From Polyangiaceae bacterium (lineage in GTDB: Bacteria > Myxococcota_A > Polyangia > Polyangiales > Polyangiaceae), in contig JANRKO010000023.1 of the NCBI GenBank assembly GCA_033763455.1, forward strand, positions 334,689-398,688: 64,000 nucleotides of DNA, given 5' to 3'. This document shows, piece by piece, positions 37,552 to 47,699 of this stretch. A model generated the notes under the pieces. The model did not search any database and was not told the DNA's origin. It saw nothing but the letters and a program-made list of their open reading frames with translations. Each line of letters begins with the position of its first letter. Position 1 is the stretch's first letter. A program made the position numbers and the translations under genes.

Positions 37552-39318
37552 TCACCAGTAGATCCCAGCCCGGAACTCGAAGACCTCGGTATCCCCGGGG
37601 TTGAGCTTAAGCATCTTTTGCCGCTCAGCCGCACCCTTTGACGGAAACGGATGTGTCCACGAAATCTCGAAATATTCAGGGCTCAGCGGGCGAGTCTTGA
37701 ACTGCACGGTCGTTTCAAGCTCCGCGTAACGCTGGACATCCGAACTGTCTTCTCTCTTCACGGATGGCTCGGTGTAATTGAGGTCACTCCAAACCACCAC
37801 ACCACCGAATATCCGGTAAGAAACGTTCAGGTGGAGCCTGTAGAAGTCCCCCTGCGCAGCAACTTCAGGTAGGGGATCGAACGGCTTCGCATAGGTTCCA
37901 TCAACCGTAATCTTCAGATCTCGGCCGTCGGGATCATAATACTCCGGATCTACAAACCTGAACACGCTCACACTGTACCTCGCGGATAGAACGCCCGCGG
38001 ACTTGCCGCGCCCCAAGAAGCCGGTGAAAAAACCCTGCCCCTCCTGGCGACCCGGCAAACCTCCGGGGTACCGGCCGACAGGCTCGTAGCTCTTAACGTA
38101 CTTGGCCTCAAGCCTTGCCTCCCCCAGCTCATCCCCGAACCATTCAGAAGATGCTGTTACAGCATCCAGCCGCCCGTCCCGGGCCCAGGATTCTGTCAAC
38201 GCACCGTTGTTTGCGAACTTGATCGGCGCTGCGTCTTGATTCGTAAAGAGCAGGTAGTCCAACCCAAACCGGTAGCTGCCGTCGTAGTCCGCTGTAACCC
38301 GGTAGTTCTGGGCAACGAGCGCATTTCCAAGGAGAGGGTCGCCTTCGGCGAGCAAGGCAAGGATCTGTCGAAAATCGAGGGTCAAATAAGGGTCCGCCTG
38401 CCATTGGGTGAAGGACTGCACCCCGTAGGAAGTGTTGTTGACGAACCCAATATCCGTGGTTCCGAAGGTCACTTCCGTTTGTAGCTCTGGGAAAAGCGCG
38501 GGAAGGTAAACTACGCGGAAATCAGACTTGCCCGTGCCGAAATTAACCCGTGTTGACACGGGCCCCTGACTGATTGAGAAACCGAACGAGGCCCTGTCGA
38601 CTTTAGGGAATACGTAGCCGTTGTTATTTTTGCCGGGCAAATGGAAGGTAGTAGCACCAGTACGACCGTTTGTTCCGATTCCCGCCGCGCCGTACCAGAT
38701 GAACTGCCCGTCGAAATCCAAGTTCCAAGATTGGGGGCGAATCTTAGACCCAAAAGAAGGGGTCGTGCCTCCGACGGGAGGATTCACACCGGGTGCGTAG
38801 GGTGAAAGGCCCGTAAACGCTGAACCTCGATACCCTGGCACGTACCCAGGGTATTCAAGCTCTGGCGCTCCGGACGGTGTCGCCTGCGAAGGAGGAGTAA
38901 GGGAAGGTGCCGTTGCGGTTACTGCAACTGCAGGCGCCGCGGCTGGGGCTTCGGGTGCTGCCGCGGGTGATCCTGGCGCTACAGCCGGGGCTTCGGGTGC
39001 TGCGCCTGGGGCTTCGGGTGCTGCCGCGGGTGATTCTGGCGCTACGGCTGGAGCTTCGGGTGCCGCCGCTGGAGCTTCGGGTGCCGCTGCTGGAGCTTCG
39101 GGCGCCGCTGCTGGAGCTTCGGGCGCTGCTGGAGCTTCGGGCGCGGCGGGGGCTGCTGGAGCGTCTGGTGCTGCCTGCAAAGGCTCAGGAGCGGGCACGT
39201 TTTGAACGGCACCAGCGGTGGCGCCTACTTGCGGTGCCGCCATTGCTGGACGAGCCACGGCTGATAGGCCCACACAGGTTCCCACAAGGAGGGCTGGGAT
39301 TTGAAAGCCGCGAATCAT
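37552..39318 (-). CDS. Putative outer-membrane beta-barrel protein with Pro/Ala-rich repeat stalk
   Basis: Signal peptide, (APEAPAA)n, WNLDFDGQF, C-terminus FRAGIYW. Confidence 0.6.
   Translation of the reverse strand: MIRGFQIPALLVGTCVGLSAVARPAMAAPQVGATAGAVQNVPAPEPLQAAPDAPAAPAAPEAPAAPEAPAAAPEAPAAAPEAPAAAPEAPAVAPESPAAAPEAPGAAPEAPAVAPGSPAAAPEAPAAAPAVAVTATAPSLTPPSQATPSGAPELEYPGYVPGYRGSAFTGLSPYAPGVNPPVGGTTPSFGSKIRPQSWNLDFDGQFIWYGAAGIGTNGRTGATTFHLPGKNNNGYVFPKVDRASFGFSISQGPVSTRVNFGTGKSDFRVVYLPALFPELQTEVTFGTTDIGFVNNTSYGVQSFTQWQADPYLTLDFRQILALLAEGDPLLGNALVAQNYRVTADYDGSYRFGLDYLLFTNQDAAPIKFANNGALTESWARDGRLDAVTASSEWFGDELGEARLEAKYVKSYEPVGRYPGGLPGRQEGQGFFTGFLGRGKSAGVLSARYSVSVFRFVDPEYYDPDGRDLKITVDGTYAKPFDPLPEVAAQGDFYRLHLNVSYRIFGGVVVWSDLNYTEPSVKREDSSDVQRYAELETTVQFKTRPLSPEYFEISWTHPFPSKGAAERQKMLKLNPGDTEVFEFRAGIYW
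38937..39172 (-). repeat. Degenerate 18-21-bp tandem repeat encoding APEAPA(A)
   Basis: Recurrent gcttcgggYgcYgc units, about 11-12 peptide repeats, in frame within the CDS. Confidence 0.8.
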
Positions 39319-39557
39319 TCGTTCCTTCCTTCTCCAGTCACAGAGTGATCAGGAGTTAACCTGGCACCCACGAACGCCGGAACCTCACTCGGCTCCACAA
39401 GCATGCAAGGCGCTTCTTTTCTCTCACAAATGGAAGCGAAATACGAGCGTAAAATTCAAACCCTCGGACGCCACGACACCGCCTTGCACCTACCCTCGGT
39501 AAGTCGGACCTGACGTGAAGCACGCCCGCGGCATGGACGCCGCCAAGGCGCACTGCA

Positions 39558-40112
39558 TCAATTGGAGTTAGCGACAGATTCGGCATTCTTCTCGTTAAGA
39601 CCGCCAGGCGGGATCTTGGTTCCGTGCGCGTCCAGAACGAACGTGAGCACCGCCCAATACTGCTCGGGTTCAAGCGAGGCACTCATGGGCGGGTGCTTCT
39701 CAGTTAAGAAGGTGAAGATGTCCTTGGCATTGCGAAAGCGCATCCGCTGCTCACGCTCACCGGAGCCAGGCACCAGGCTCTCTTCGTAAGCTTTGCGCTC
39801 GGGGCTGTTCGGATCCTGGTTCTGAATGCGGCTTACTGCGGACCGTTTCGCTCGCAACCGCACAGGAAGAGCCGAGCCTCCCATAATTGCCGGGGCACCG
39901 GGACCGCCCTGCCCAATATCGCCGTGGCAGATCTGACAGTTGTCAACGTATACCTTTGCGCCCTCTGCCTCATTGGCCCTAGCGCGAGCAAGTGCTTGCT
40001 GGGTTGCACCACGCGGACCGGAGCAACCAACCGAGACGACAGCAACCATTATGCCGGCAAGCGGCAGGGTAAGGCGGACCGCGCTTGAGATTCGCTTCAT
40101 CGGATTCCTCAT
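39558..40112 (-). CDS. Mono-heme c-type cytochrome lipoprotein
   Basis: SVGC lipobox, G..VY..NCQICHG..GQG, distal HPPM. Confidence 0.8.
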   Translation of the reverse strand: MRNPMKRISSAVRLTLPLAGIMVAVVSVGCSGPRGATQQALARARANEAEGAKVYVDNCQICHGDIGQGGPGAPAIMGGSALPVRLRAKRSAVSRIQNQDPNSPERKAYEESLVPGSGEREQRMRFRNAKDIFTFLTEKHPPMSASLEPEQYWAVLTFVLDAHGTKIPPGGLNEKNAESVANSN

Positions 40113-40463
40113 GTAACCTTTTTGGCTCTGGGATAGCCCCGTATGTGGGATGCGGGCGCACTCTCGTTCCAGCCCCAGCCGATGTCAACCGTGCAGACTC
40201 TGGTTCCCCGATGCGCATCCCATGGACGCGATTCCCGGGGATTTGAGGCCACCGATTGCAGGCAACTTCTGCGGGAAAGGGGCCACCGGGCGTAGTGGGT
40301 GCCTGTGGCCAGCCTGGGATGTTTGCCGAGCCCACCACCCGCCACCACAAGCCGCGCGTGGGCACGCAGCCTAGTCGTGTGTAACGTACCGCTTTGAGAA
40401 CCTCACGTCGATCGCTTGGGAAGCGCTTAATTGATTCGATCTCACGGCCGATTCTAACCTCAC

Positions 40464-40904
40464 GTGAGCACGCACTCCTTGATCCATGGTCGACGCATTC
40501 TGCTCGTGGATGACGACCCACTGATACTTGAGCTCTCAGAAGATCGTCTCCTTAGGGCCGGAGCCATAGTGTTCAGCGCAATAGGGATCCAGTTGGCCCT
40601 CGAGCTCGCTCGCGCGGAGCAACCGGAGTTCATCCTCCTTGACCTCACGATTGGCGACAGCGTCGTCACGCCAGATCTGGTTGGAGAGTTGCAGGCCTGT
40701 CTTCATGTAGAAGGGCGACGCACCATCCTGCACTCTGCTGTCTCGGCCACAGAGCTCTACCGCCAAGCGCACGCCCTTTGCGCACTCGGAGCCATCCAGA
40801 AAACTGGGGATGAACGAATCTTCCTGCACCGCATGCAGCGCCTACTGGAGCTGTCCCAAGCCATCACCCACGGCGCAACGGACAGACCATCCGTTCCCTA
40901 TTGA
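40464..40904 (+). CDS. Single-domain response regulator
   Basis: ILLVDDD, ILLDL (phosphoacceptor Asp), ILHSA, IQK. Confidence 0.75.
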   Translation: MSTHSLIHGRRILLVDDDPLILELSEDRLLRAGAIVFSAIGIQLALELARAEQPEFILLDLTIGDSVVTPDLVGELQACLHVEGRRTILHSAVSATELYRQAHALCALGAIQKTGDERIFLHRMQRLLELSQAITHGATDRPSVPY

Positions 40905-41002
40905 GCCATACGCTGGGGGCAGATTATGTGAAAAACCAGCGCGGCCATTGCCTCCACGCGGCACGGACTGCGATAGTTCGACGCACTTTTGGAGTCTCAA
41001 AG

Positions 41003-41878
41003 ATGAGCGCAAGTATTGTCGCCCAATTCAACTGCGCCACAGGCGAATGCCCACGTTGGCACACTGACGAACGACGCCTGTATTGGACCGACATACCCAG
41101 CGGGCGGCTTTACTACTTCGATCACAGAACCGGTGAGAGCTGCTGCTGCTACGAAGGGCGGCCGGTAGGAGGCTTCACTATTCAAGCAGATGGTTCCCTG
41201 CTTCTCTTTCGCGATCAAGGTAACGTCGTCGTTTTCAAACATGGTGAGAAAGAACGCACGATCGTGTCGCACATCCCCGGGCTCGAAACCACTCGCTTCA
41301 ACGACGTAACGGCGGACCCCGAAGGCCGAGTTTTCGCGGGTACGATGTCTTTCGGTGGGCAGAACAACGGGAAGCTTCTTCGCATTGATTGTGATGGCAA
41401 ACACGCGCTCATCTCCGACGGGCACGCCACCCCCAATGGGATGGGCTTTACTCCAGATCTTTCGCAGCTCTATTTTACTGATTCGCGCTTGCGCCGCATC
41501 TACCTGTTGGAGTTCAACCGCAGCACGGGAGAGCTTTCTAACCCGAAAATTTGGCAGGAAATTGCCGCCACTGACGTCCCTTTAGTGGGTCGCTCCGACG
41601 GCATGGCAGTGGCTTCGGACGGTTCGGTTTGGTCTGCACGCATGGAAGCTGGCGTCGTGATTCGCTACTCACCTGCCGGGGTAGCGTTGGAACGGCATGA
41701 GATTGGCACACCAATGGTAACGAGCGTTACCTTCGGTGGCCCAGAGCTCGACGAAGTGTACGTCACCTCCGCGGGCGGCAAGGCTTCACAACCAATATCC
41801 GAGACGGCCGGGGCCCTCTTCAAGATCCGAGCGGACGCGCGCGGACGTGCGGAGTTTCGCTCCCGCGTTGGACTTTGA
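41003..41878 (+). CDS. SMP-30/gluconolactonase family protein
   Basis: GECPRW, LYWTDI, RFND...DPEGR..AGTM, PNGMGF, DGM, TSVTFGG..L..YVTSA. Confidence 0.9.
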   Translation: MSASIVAQFNCATGECPRWHTDERRLYWTDIPSGRLYYFDHRTGESCCCYEGRPVGGFTIQADGSLLLFRDQGNVVVFKHGEKERTIVSHIPGLETTRFNDVTADPEGRVFAGTMSFGGQNNGKLLRIDCDGKHALISDGHATPNGMGFTPDLSQLYFTDSRLRRIYLLEFNRSTGELSNPKIWQEIAATDVPLVGRSDGMAVASDGSVWSARMEAGVVIRYSPAGVALERHEIGTPMVTSVTFGGPELDEVYVTSAGGKASQPISETAGALFKIRADARGRAEFRSRVGL

Positions 41879-41899
41879 ACCTGCGAGCAACTAAAAGGA

Positions 41900-42484
41900 G
41901 TGGTGATGAAGAACTTATGGCTGATTACTTTGGTGAGCGCGGCAGTTTCAAGTGTGTGCACGCAAGGCCAATGTGAAGAACTGGGCCAGCAGGGCGTCAC
42001 AAGTCTTGGTGCCGATCGCTTGAGTGGGCTCTACATGGTCAACACAGGCAACCGCGCCATGCAGCTCGGGGTCGGCGCCGCGCCCGTGTTCGCGCCGCAA
42101 CCGTATACCTCCACTCGCTTTGCTATCGACCACTTCATCAGCCCTTCCCTGAGCCTTGGCGGAACCCTGGCATTTTGGCTAAAAAACGGCCCCGATATCG
42201 AGGGTCGCCGTAACCGCGCTAATGGTTATTTGGTGGCGCCACGCGTGGGCTACGTCTTGCCAATCACCGATGGCTTTGGCTTCTGGCCGCGCGGCGGTTT
42301 CAATTTCTGGGACCTAGAAGTGGATGACGAATTCGGCATTACAGCCGAAGCTACGTTCTACGGAGCACTCACCAATAGCTTCGGCCTCACCTTTGGGCCT
42401 ACCGCGGATCTTGGGATCGTGGGGGAAGGCAATGAAGGCGTCGCGTGGGGCTTAATCTCATTTGGCTTGTTGGGCTGGCTTTAG
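41900..42484 (+). CDS. Small outer-membrane beta-barrel-like protein
   Basis: Signal peptide, APRVGY, FWPRGG, TFGPTADLG, C-terminus GLLGWL. Confidence 0.6.
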   Translation: MVMKNLWLITLVSAAVSSVCTQGQCEELGQQGVTSLGADRLSGLYMVNTGNRAMQLGVGAAPVFAPQPYTSTRFAIDHFISPSLSLGGTLAFWLKNGPDIEGRRNRANGYLVAPRVGYVLPITDGFGFWPRGGFNFWDLEVDDEFGITAEATFYGALTNSFGLTFGPTADLGIVGEGNEGVAWGLISFGLLGWL

Positions 42485-42486
42485 GG

Positions 42487-43839
42487 TTAACCTGGGGCCA
42501 GGCTGAGCGGATACAATACCAACACTGGCCCGTCTTTCGGGATGGGCATGCGCAGAGGTTCAAACGTGCGACGCACACACGCGGTAAGCTCTTCGTGCGT
42601 AATAATGTCCGGCCCGGGTGAACTTGCCGCTAGATAGCGAGCACCCTCTGAGTCGAAGCTTACGTCCGCATGGCCCAACGTGGCCGATGGCGGTAACGCA
42701 CCAACTCGCGCGTCCATCACGTCACTCACTGAACCGTCCGATTCAATCAGGAAACGAACAACAATGCGCCCACGGAGCCCGCTATCTCGGCTCAGTGCCT
42801 TTTGGTAACATGCAGTTACCTTGGGCGTTTGGCTCTGGATCTGGCGAAGCACGCCCGACTGCTCAACCGTGCCACTCTCCACTTCTAGGCCCAGAAGCTC
42901 CGCGGCCTTCATGCGGCCCGTAATAGCCTGATCCAGAAATGCGAACTCTACGAGGGGCAATTTGGATCGCGCCGGCAACGCCTTGAGGAGGGTGGCTAAA
43001 GTCCGCAATGGAGTGCTCGGAACCGCCTCAATGACTACCCGGTTACAGGTGACCTCACTTGCCGAACACTCTTTGGCTAGGCGGGCTCTGAGCTCCTCGG
43101 GCGGCGCCTTCTGAGGCAAGAGCACCCGTTTTCTGGTGATGCCTTCAACGACCTGATCTGCCCAGACGAACTCAAAGTTACTGCCTTCGATCCGCACCAA
43201 GAGCAAGCGCTTAGGGCGACGCACGTTAAAAGGCGATTCTTGAGGAAGCGCGCGTGCTGGGGCCTCTGCGCGACCCGCTGGCACCGGCACGGACGCTCCT
43301 GCCCCAACTTTCTCAGGGAGCACCGAAAGACGCATCAACAAGTTATCGTCCCCGCTCTGAACCTTGAGGTTCTGGTAGCCAGCGTGAACCAGAGTGGCAA
43401 ACACCCCCATGAACTGCCCAAGGTGAGCACCTTTGGGGACAACCACCTCATGTGCCTCCGTACCCACCTGCTGGAACACATGCAAAAAGCAGGGCCCCAC
43501 TCGTTCCCAGAGCCCTTGCGCGACGCTCGGAGGCCCATTCAGTTCCGCAGTGCCAGAGGCCTCGCCATCCACTCGCACGAGCCCTGCGGCATCCACCTGC
43601 ACGCTCCGAAACCCGCACCTTGCTGGAAGCGGCCCTTGCGGCACGAAGACCTCTTCAGGCCGGTCAGCCCCGGTCGCCCTTTCGTCGTAGGCCATCTTGG
43701 ACGTATCGAGTTCCGGATCCCCAAAGGTGGCCCGGTGTGTCACACAGCCGGTAGCAGTCAGCAATACCGACTGAAACCCAAAAAACATCGAGATAAAGCG
43801 TCCGCACATGGTTTGCTGCGCATAGCACAAGCCCGTCAA
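42487..43839 (-). CDS. AgmX/PglI C-terminal (TonB_C-like) domain protein
   Basis: ACYQKAL.RD.GL.GRIVVRF.I..DGSV, and L..CV...F..L..P.P..G.V.V.YPL. Confidence 0.7.
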   Translation of the reverse strand: MTGLCYAQQTMCGRFISMFFGFQSVLLTATGCVTHRATFGDPELDTSKMAYDERATGADRPEEVFVPQGPLPARCGFRSVQVDAAGLVRVDGEASGTAELNGPPSVAQGLWERVGPCFLHVFQQVGTEAHEVVVPKGAHLGQFMGVFATLVHAGYQNLKVQSGDDNLLMRLSVLPEKVGAGASVPVPAGRAEAPARALPQESPFNVRRPKRLLLVRIEGSNFEFVWADQVVEGITRKRVLLPQKAPPEELRARLAKECSASEVTCNRVVIEAVPSTPLRTLATLLKALPARSKLPLVEFAFLDQAITGRMKAAELLGLEVESGTVEQSGVLRQIQSQTPKVTACYQKALSRDSGLRGRIVVRFLIESDGSVSDVMDARVGALPPSATLGHADVSFDSEGARYLAASSPGPDIITHEELTACVRRTFEPLRMPIPKDGPVLVLYPLSLAPG

Positions 43840-43870
43840 GAATAACTACCCTAGGGCAAACCCTACGTCT

Positions 43871-44935
43871 TCAGTGCGTGCGGGCTTCGAATCCACTGAA
43901 CAGCTCCACGCCAACCCTTTCGTCGGTACGCCTGAGCGCTACCACGGCCGACGTATCAACCGAAGCTGCGATTTCCGGGGAGGCCGTTGCGAGCAACCAC
44001 TGCACGCACGGCAGGGCACTTTCCAACGCCTCGACGAGGCCTGCTCGAGTAGCCGCGTCTTGATGGAGTTCGGGCTCATCGACGCTTACGACGGCTTCGG
44101 CCAATCTTGGATCGCGCCCCGGGTACGCTCCCCACAGGGTTCGCACTGGAAGCGCAGCAAATGCCACGAGATGTCGAACCGCGGTCGGCAACGCGTCAAA
44201 AGAAATCAATTCCCGGTAGGGCCCGGCAAAATGGGGCTCGAAAGACTGCGGGTCAAGCCCCTCGTACCGATACCCCAGGAGCCTAACCACACTGTTCACC
44301 GCGTGCCGCATTCCCCCGTCAAGCAGCTTAAAGTCAACGCCTGATGGCCTGCCCGAGCTCTGCAGCGCCGAGGCAATCCCCGCGTATGCCAATGCTTGCT
44401 TAGTTTCTCGCCCGAGATCGTGGCGTTCCTCGAAAGAGAGCGAACCTCGCACATCGTAGCGCGCCAGGGTGCGAAGCGGCGCGTTGAGAGCCAGTGGCTG
44501 AGCAGAGAACCATCGACTGCTGGGTATCGCGAGATACGCAAATCCCCCCTCCTTCGCGACGCGATCGAAAACCGTTTGCTCACGACGCCGCGCTACTTCC
44601 TGTACATCATCCGCGCAAACGCGGGTGCTTGGGCTTGCCAAGCAAAGGGGGTGCTGCCGCTCGCGGTCATCTTGCCCCAGCGACCAATAGGTCACCGCGG
44701 AGGGAAGCCGCTCAGCTTCAGTCGGGAACTGGGACCTTCGATCGACAAGAGCTGGCGATAGGATCGCACTTACGGCACCGGGCCTGGTGTTGCCAATCGC
44801 CAAGAGCAGACTCGTCTTGCCCACGCCTCCCGCCCCATGAATCACGGTCGATGCGCGTGCCGCACCCTCTCCTAGTGACAGGCTCACTGCCTCAAAAGGC
44901 CCCACTTGGGTGAGCTCGACTCGCAAAAGACGCAC
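43871..44935 (-). CDS. ABC/AAA_21-like ATPase, degenerate
   Basis: VRLLRVEL..VGPF, Walker A GAGGVGKTS, Walker B VVSVDEPELH, H-loop reads ATASP. Confidence 0.7.
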   Translation of the reverse strand: MRLLRVELTQVGPFEAVSLSLGEGAARASTVIHGAGGVGKTSLLLAIGNTRPGAVSAILSPALVDRRSQFPTEAERLPSAVTYWSLGQDDRERQHPLCLASPSTRVCADDVQEVARRREQTVFDRVAKEGGFAYLAIPSSRWFSAQPLALNAPLRTLARYDVRGSLSFEERHDLGRETKQALAYAGIASALQSSGRPSGVDFKLLDGGMRHAVNSVVRLLGYRYEGLDPQSFEPHFAGPYRELISFDALPTAVRHLVAFAALPVRTLWGAYPGRDPRLAEAVVSVDEPELHQDAATRAGLVEALESALPCVQWLLATASPEIAASVDTSAVVALRRTDERVGVELFSGFEARTH

Positions 44936-45008
44936 GGCGGACCAAGCATACCCCAAGCCGCCTTTCAGAAGTCGGCAATTGCCAGAAAACGGGCTACAAG
45001 GGCCGCCC

Positions 45009-45437
45009 ATGCAACTTCGCACAGAGCTAGAAATCCTGGCCGCTCCAGAGAAGATCTGGGAAATTCTTCTAGATTTTGGGCGTTACCAGGAATGGAATCC
45101 TTTTATCGTTTCCCTCAAAGGTGAGGCACAAATGGACCAGCGCCTTGAGGTCTGCGTGGCACTTCCAGAAAATGGGGGCACCCGCACCTTTCGCCCCATC
45201 GTCACCAGTTGCGAGGCACCGCTCACACTGGCCTGGCGCGGGGAGTTGGGGTTTCCGTGGCTGTTCGCCGGCCATCACGTCTTCGAGCTGCATCCGCTTT
45301 CGGAGGGTCGAACGCGGTTCGTGCACAGCGAGAGCTTCACAGGGCTCTTGACGCGGTTTATGGGTCGCACATTAACGCTTACTGGACGCGGATTTGTGTA
45401 CATGAACCAGGCGCTCAAGAAGCGCGCCGAGAGCTGA
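45009..45437 (+). CDS. SRPBCC-domain protein
   Basis: IWE.L.DF..Y.EWNPFI, L.WRG, F.G.H.F, F.HSE.FTG, MNQALKKRAE. Confidence 0.88.
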   Translation: MQLRTELEILAAPEKIWEILLDFGRYQEWNPFIVSLKGEAQMDQRLEVCVALPENGGTRTFRPIVTSCEAPLTLAWRGELGFPWLFAGHHVFELHPLSEGRTRFVHSESFTGLLTRFMGRTLTLTGRGFVYMNQALKKRAES

Positions 45438-45443
45438 CATTGG

Positions 45444-46562
45444 CTATAATTCTGGGCTCCGTCGCCCACGTACCGCCTTCAGTGCATCGCTGAGCTCGCT
45501 CCCCACACGAAGGCACGGGTAGCAATCATCCTTGCGCTTTGGCCCGCAACCAAACTTGCGCTGGAGTAGAGCCAACAGATGAAGACTTCTACGATCACCC
45601 ACCTCGATGGCGCGTGGCAGGATCGCGTGATTTTCTTCACAACTTTCAGCGGCTCGGAGATCGAGAGCAACCCGCAGTGCTGGCGAGGCCTTGGGTAGCA
45701 CCTCCTTCCCGTATAGGAGCAGCTGAGCCAGCGTAGTTGCCGAATTCTTCTCCGCGCTGCTCGTCCAAACCTCGTAAAGGAGGTCTGCGGCAACTTGACC
45801 AGGAAGTTTGGCCATCGCGAGCTGTGCAACGCTAGCGGTGGGCTCAGCAGAGGCAAATTGCTTGAAGCGCTTGAGCGGCTGCGCCACGTTCACAAGCTCG
45901 GGATTGCGGAGAAAATCACGCGCCAACGCCTGAGCGGCCGACACTTCTTTAGCTCGGCTCGCCTCCACCAGGGACACTGCTTCGTCGATAGAGAGCTCAC
46001 GCTTCGGTTTTGACAGAAGCGCGGCGAGCGATGCTGTGGGAGCCTGCGTAGACGCCGGGGCCAGCGCTGAGGCAATTGCGGGTTCTCCGGAAACCTCAGG
46101 CAGAGCCTGTAGGGCGTTATTAGCCGGCGCGGACGGAGTACGGACGATGGCTCTCCCCACGCCAAGAGTTCCGAGCACCGCAAATACGACCGCCCCAAGG
46201 AGCAGGACCCCAAGCCGAAGAGTGACCCCGAAGCACGTAACCTCTTGCCCGAACGCCTCACCCAACGGGACTACACGAGGACTCAAGGCAGCGCCCGCCG
46301 ACTCGGCTTGCCCCATTCGTCGGGGAGCACCGGGAAGCGGCGCTGCTACAACTAGCGGGCGCGAACTAAACTTGCTTTCCGGAAGCTGGCTAGATGCGGG
46401 CTCCTCTACCGCTACAGATTCACTCTTCGGGCTGGAGGCGACAGCATTCGGAGCTTGAGGCAGCGGGAGATCGGGCTCGAGCGTTACTCCAGGGGGGCTC
46501 GACCAACCGTCGTCCACTATAGTGGCGCGAACGGGTGGGTATTTCCTCGGATCCTCAGCCAT
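45444..46562 (-). CDS. Hypothetical membrane protein
   Basis: Pro-rich N-terminus, one TM segment, C-terminal GD.R...GCG....DC.PCLR motif. Confidence 0.6.
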   Translation of the reverse strand: MAEDPRKYPPVRATIVDDGWSSPPGVTLEPDLPLPQAPNAVASSPKSESVAVEEPASSQLPESKFSSRPLVVAAPLPGAPRRMGQAESAGAALSPRVVPLGEAFGQEVTCFGVTLRLGVLLLGAVVFAVLGTLGVGRAIVRTPSAPANNALQALPEVSGEPAIASALAPASTQAPTASLAALLSKPKRELSIDEAVSLVEASRAKEVSAAQALARDFLRNPELVNVAQPLKRFKQFASAEPTASVAQLAMAKLPGQVAADLLYEVWTSSAEKNSATTLAQLLLYGKEVLPKASPALRVALDLRAAESCEENHAILPRAIEVGDRRSLHLLALLQRKFGCGPKRKDDCYPCLRVGSELSDALKAVRGRRSPEL

Positions 46563-46613
46563 TCTTCGCCTAAGGGTACCAGGTTATAGGTCCATTGCTG
46601 AAGATTTCCGCGC

Positions 46614-47063
46614 CTAGCCCAGCAGCTCGGGCGTTACGGATTCAGGGCTCGTCAGAATCGCAAGGGCCTCGGGCGGAATACGGCGGAGCTTCTGGCCTGA
46701 ATCCACGCACGCAAGGCGCGTCTCGGCGTCGGCAAGAAGCTCCCTCCCCGTTGAACGTTCGGCGAAGAGCCGGTAGCTGAAGCGCGCCTGCACCTTTCCG
46801 AGCTCGGCAAGCTTGGTTTCCACCGTGATTACATCATCAAAACGTGCCGGGCTGCGGTGCCTAATACGTGTTTCAACGACGGCCAGGTGGATCCCCACAT
46901 CCGTCCAACTAAGATAGGTGATTCCGCGCCGGCGCAGATACTCGACCCGCGCTGACTCAAGGTAATAGACGTACGACCCGTGGTGAACCACACCCATAAG
47001 ATCGGTTTCGGCAAAACGCACGCGCACCCGGTAGACGGTGATGCAATGTTCAGGCAGGTCCAT
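46614..47063 (-). CDS. YbgC/FadM-family acyl-CoA thioesterase
   Basis: RVRFAETDLMGVVHHGSY..YLE.ARVE, PARFDD. Confidence 0.9.
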   Translation of the reverse strand: MDLPEHCITVYRVRVRFAETDLMGVVHHGSYVYYLESARVEYLRRRGITYLSWTDVGIHLAVVETRIRHRSPARFDDVITVETKLAELGKVQARFSYRLFAERSTGRELLADAETRLACVDSGQKLRRIPPEALAILTSPESVTPELLG

Positions 47064-47207
47064 GCGGGGATCACCATAAGGAATAGCCGAGAACGCGCCA
47101 ACCCCCAGCTTTTGCAGCAGAACGGGAGCACTCCGGCACCCATAAGTGGAGCATTGAGCCGGAGCTAGTTGCCAAGGCGACGGTTCCCGAGCTTGAATAC
47201 TTGGGCG

Positions 47208-47699
47208 ATGACCAGCAAAGAGCCCAAGCGTCTACCGAGCGTAAAAGTCTACGAAGTCGTCGTGGGGGTGGATTATTCGAGCCCCTCAGAGCAAGCGCTC
47301 CAAACGGCACTCGACATGGCGCGTCGACGCAGCGGCTCGCACATCCATGTTGTAGCTATTGCCGAGGGCTACGCTCCTAACATGTCCGAAGATCTTACGG
47401 CTGATGCCAAGGCCGCATTCTTGGCAGAGGCGAAGGCGACGCTTGAGGCTTATGTCGATCAGGAGCTGGCACGACGGCAGAACTTGTTCAATCGCCGAAG
47501 CATTTTCACTATTGTAGATTTTGGTGACCCCGCAGATCGGCTCGTTGAGATCGCCAAAGAGGTGGGTGCAAACTTGATCGTTGTGGGCACACACGGAAAG
47601 GGCGCTGTCGAGCAGATGCTGCTCGGGTCCGTGAGCCAGAAAGTGCTGCGGCACGCTCCGTGCTCCGTGCTCGTGGTTCGCGCCGAGCCTGAAGCCTAA
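47208..47699 (+). CDS. Universal stress protein
   Basis: VVGVDYS..S..AL, GDPA, LIVVGTHG.G...LLGSVS.KV...APCSVLVVR. Confidence 0.92.
   Translation: MTSKEPKRLPSVKVYEVVVGVDYSSPSEQALQTALDMARRRSGSHIHVVAIAEGYAPNMSEDLTADAKAAFLAEAKATLEAYVDQELARRQNLFNRRSIFTIVDFGDPADRLVEIAKEVGANLIVVGTHGKGAVEQMLLGSVSQKVLRHAPCSVLVVRAEPEA

Noticed and set aside
38937..39172. Repeat array as possible CRISPR
   Set aside because: No unique spacers, unit lengths are multiples of 3, it lies inside a CDS, and there are no cas genes.
40113..40463. Long intergenic region as possible riboswitch or ncRNA (also 33022-33324 and 39319-39557)
   Set aside because: No conserved riboswitch, tRNA or known ncRNA motif recognisable by eye. 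An Rfam/Infernal scan would be needed.
43851..43864. TAGGG-CAAA-CCCTA hairpin, with a similar CCCTAGGGTTTG near 33108
   Set aside because: The stem is only 5 bp and there are two loose copies, too weak to call a terminator or REP family.
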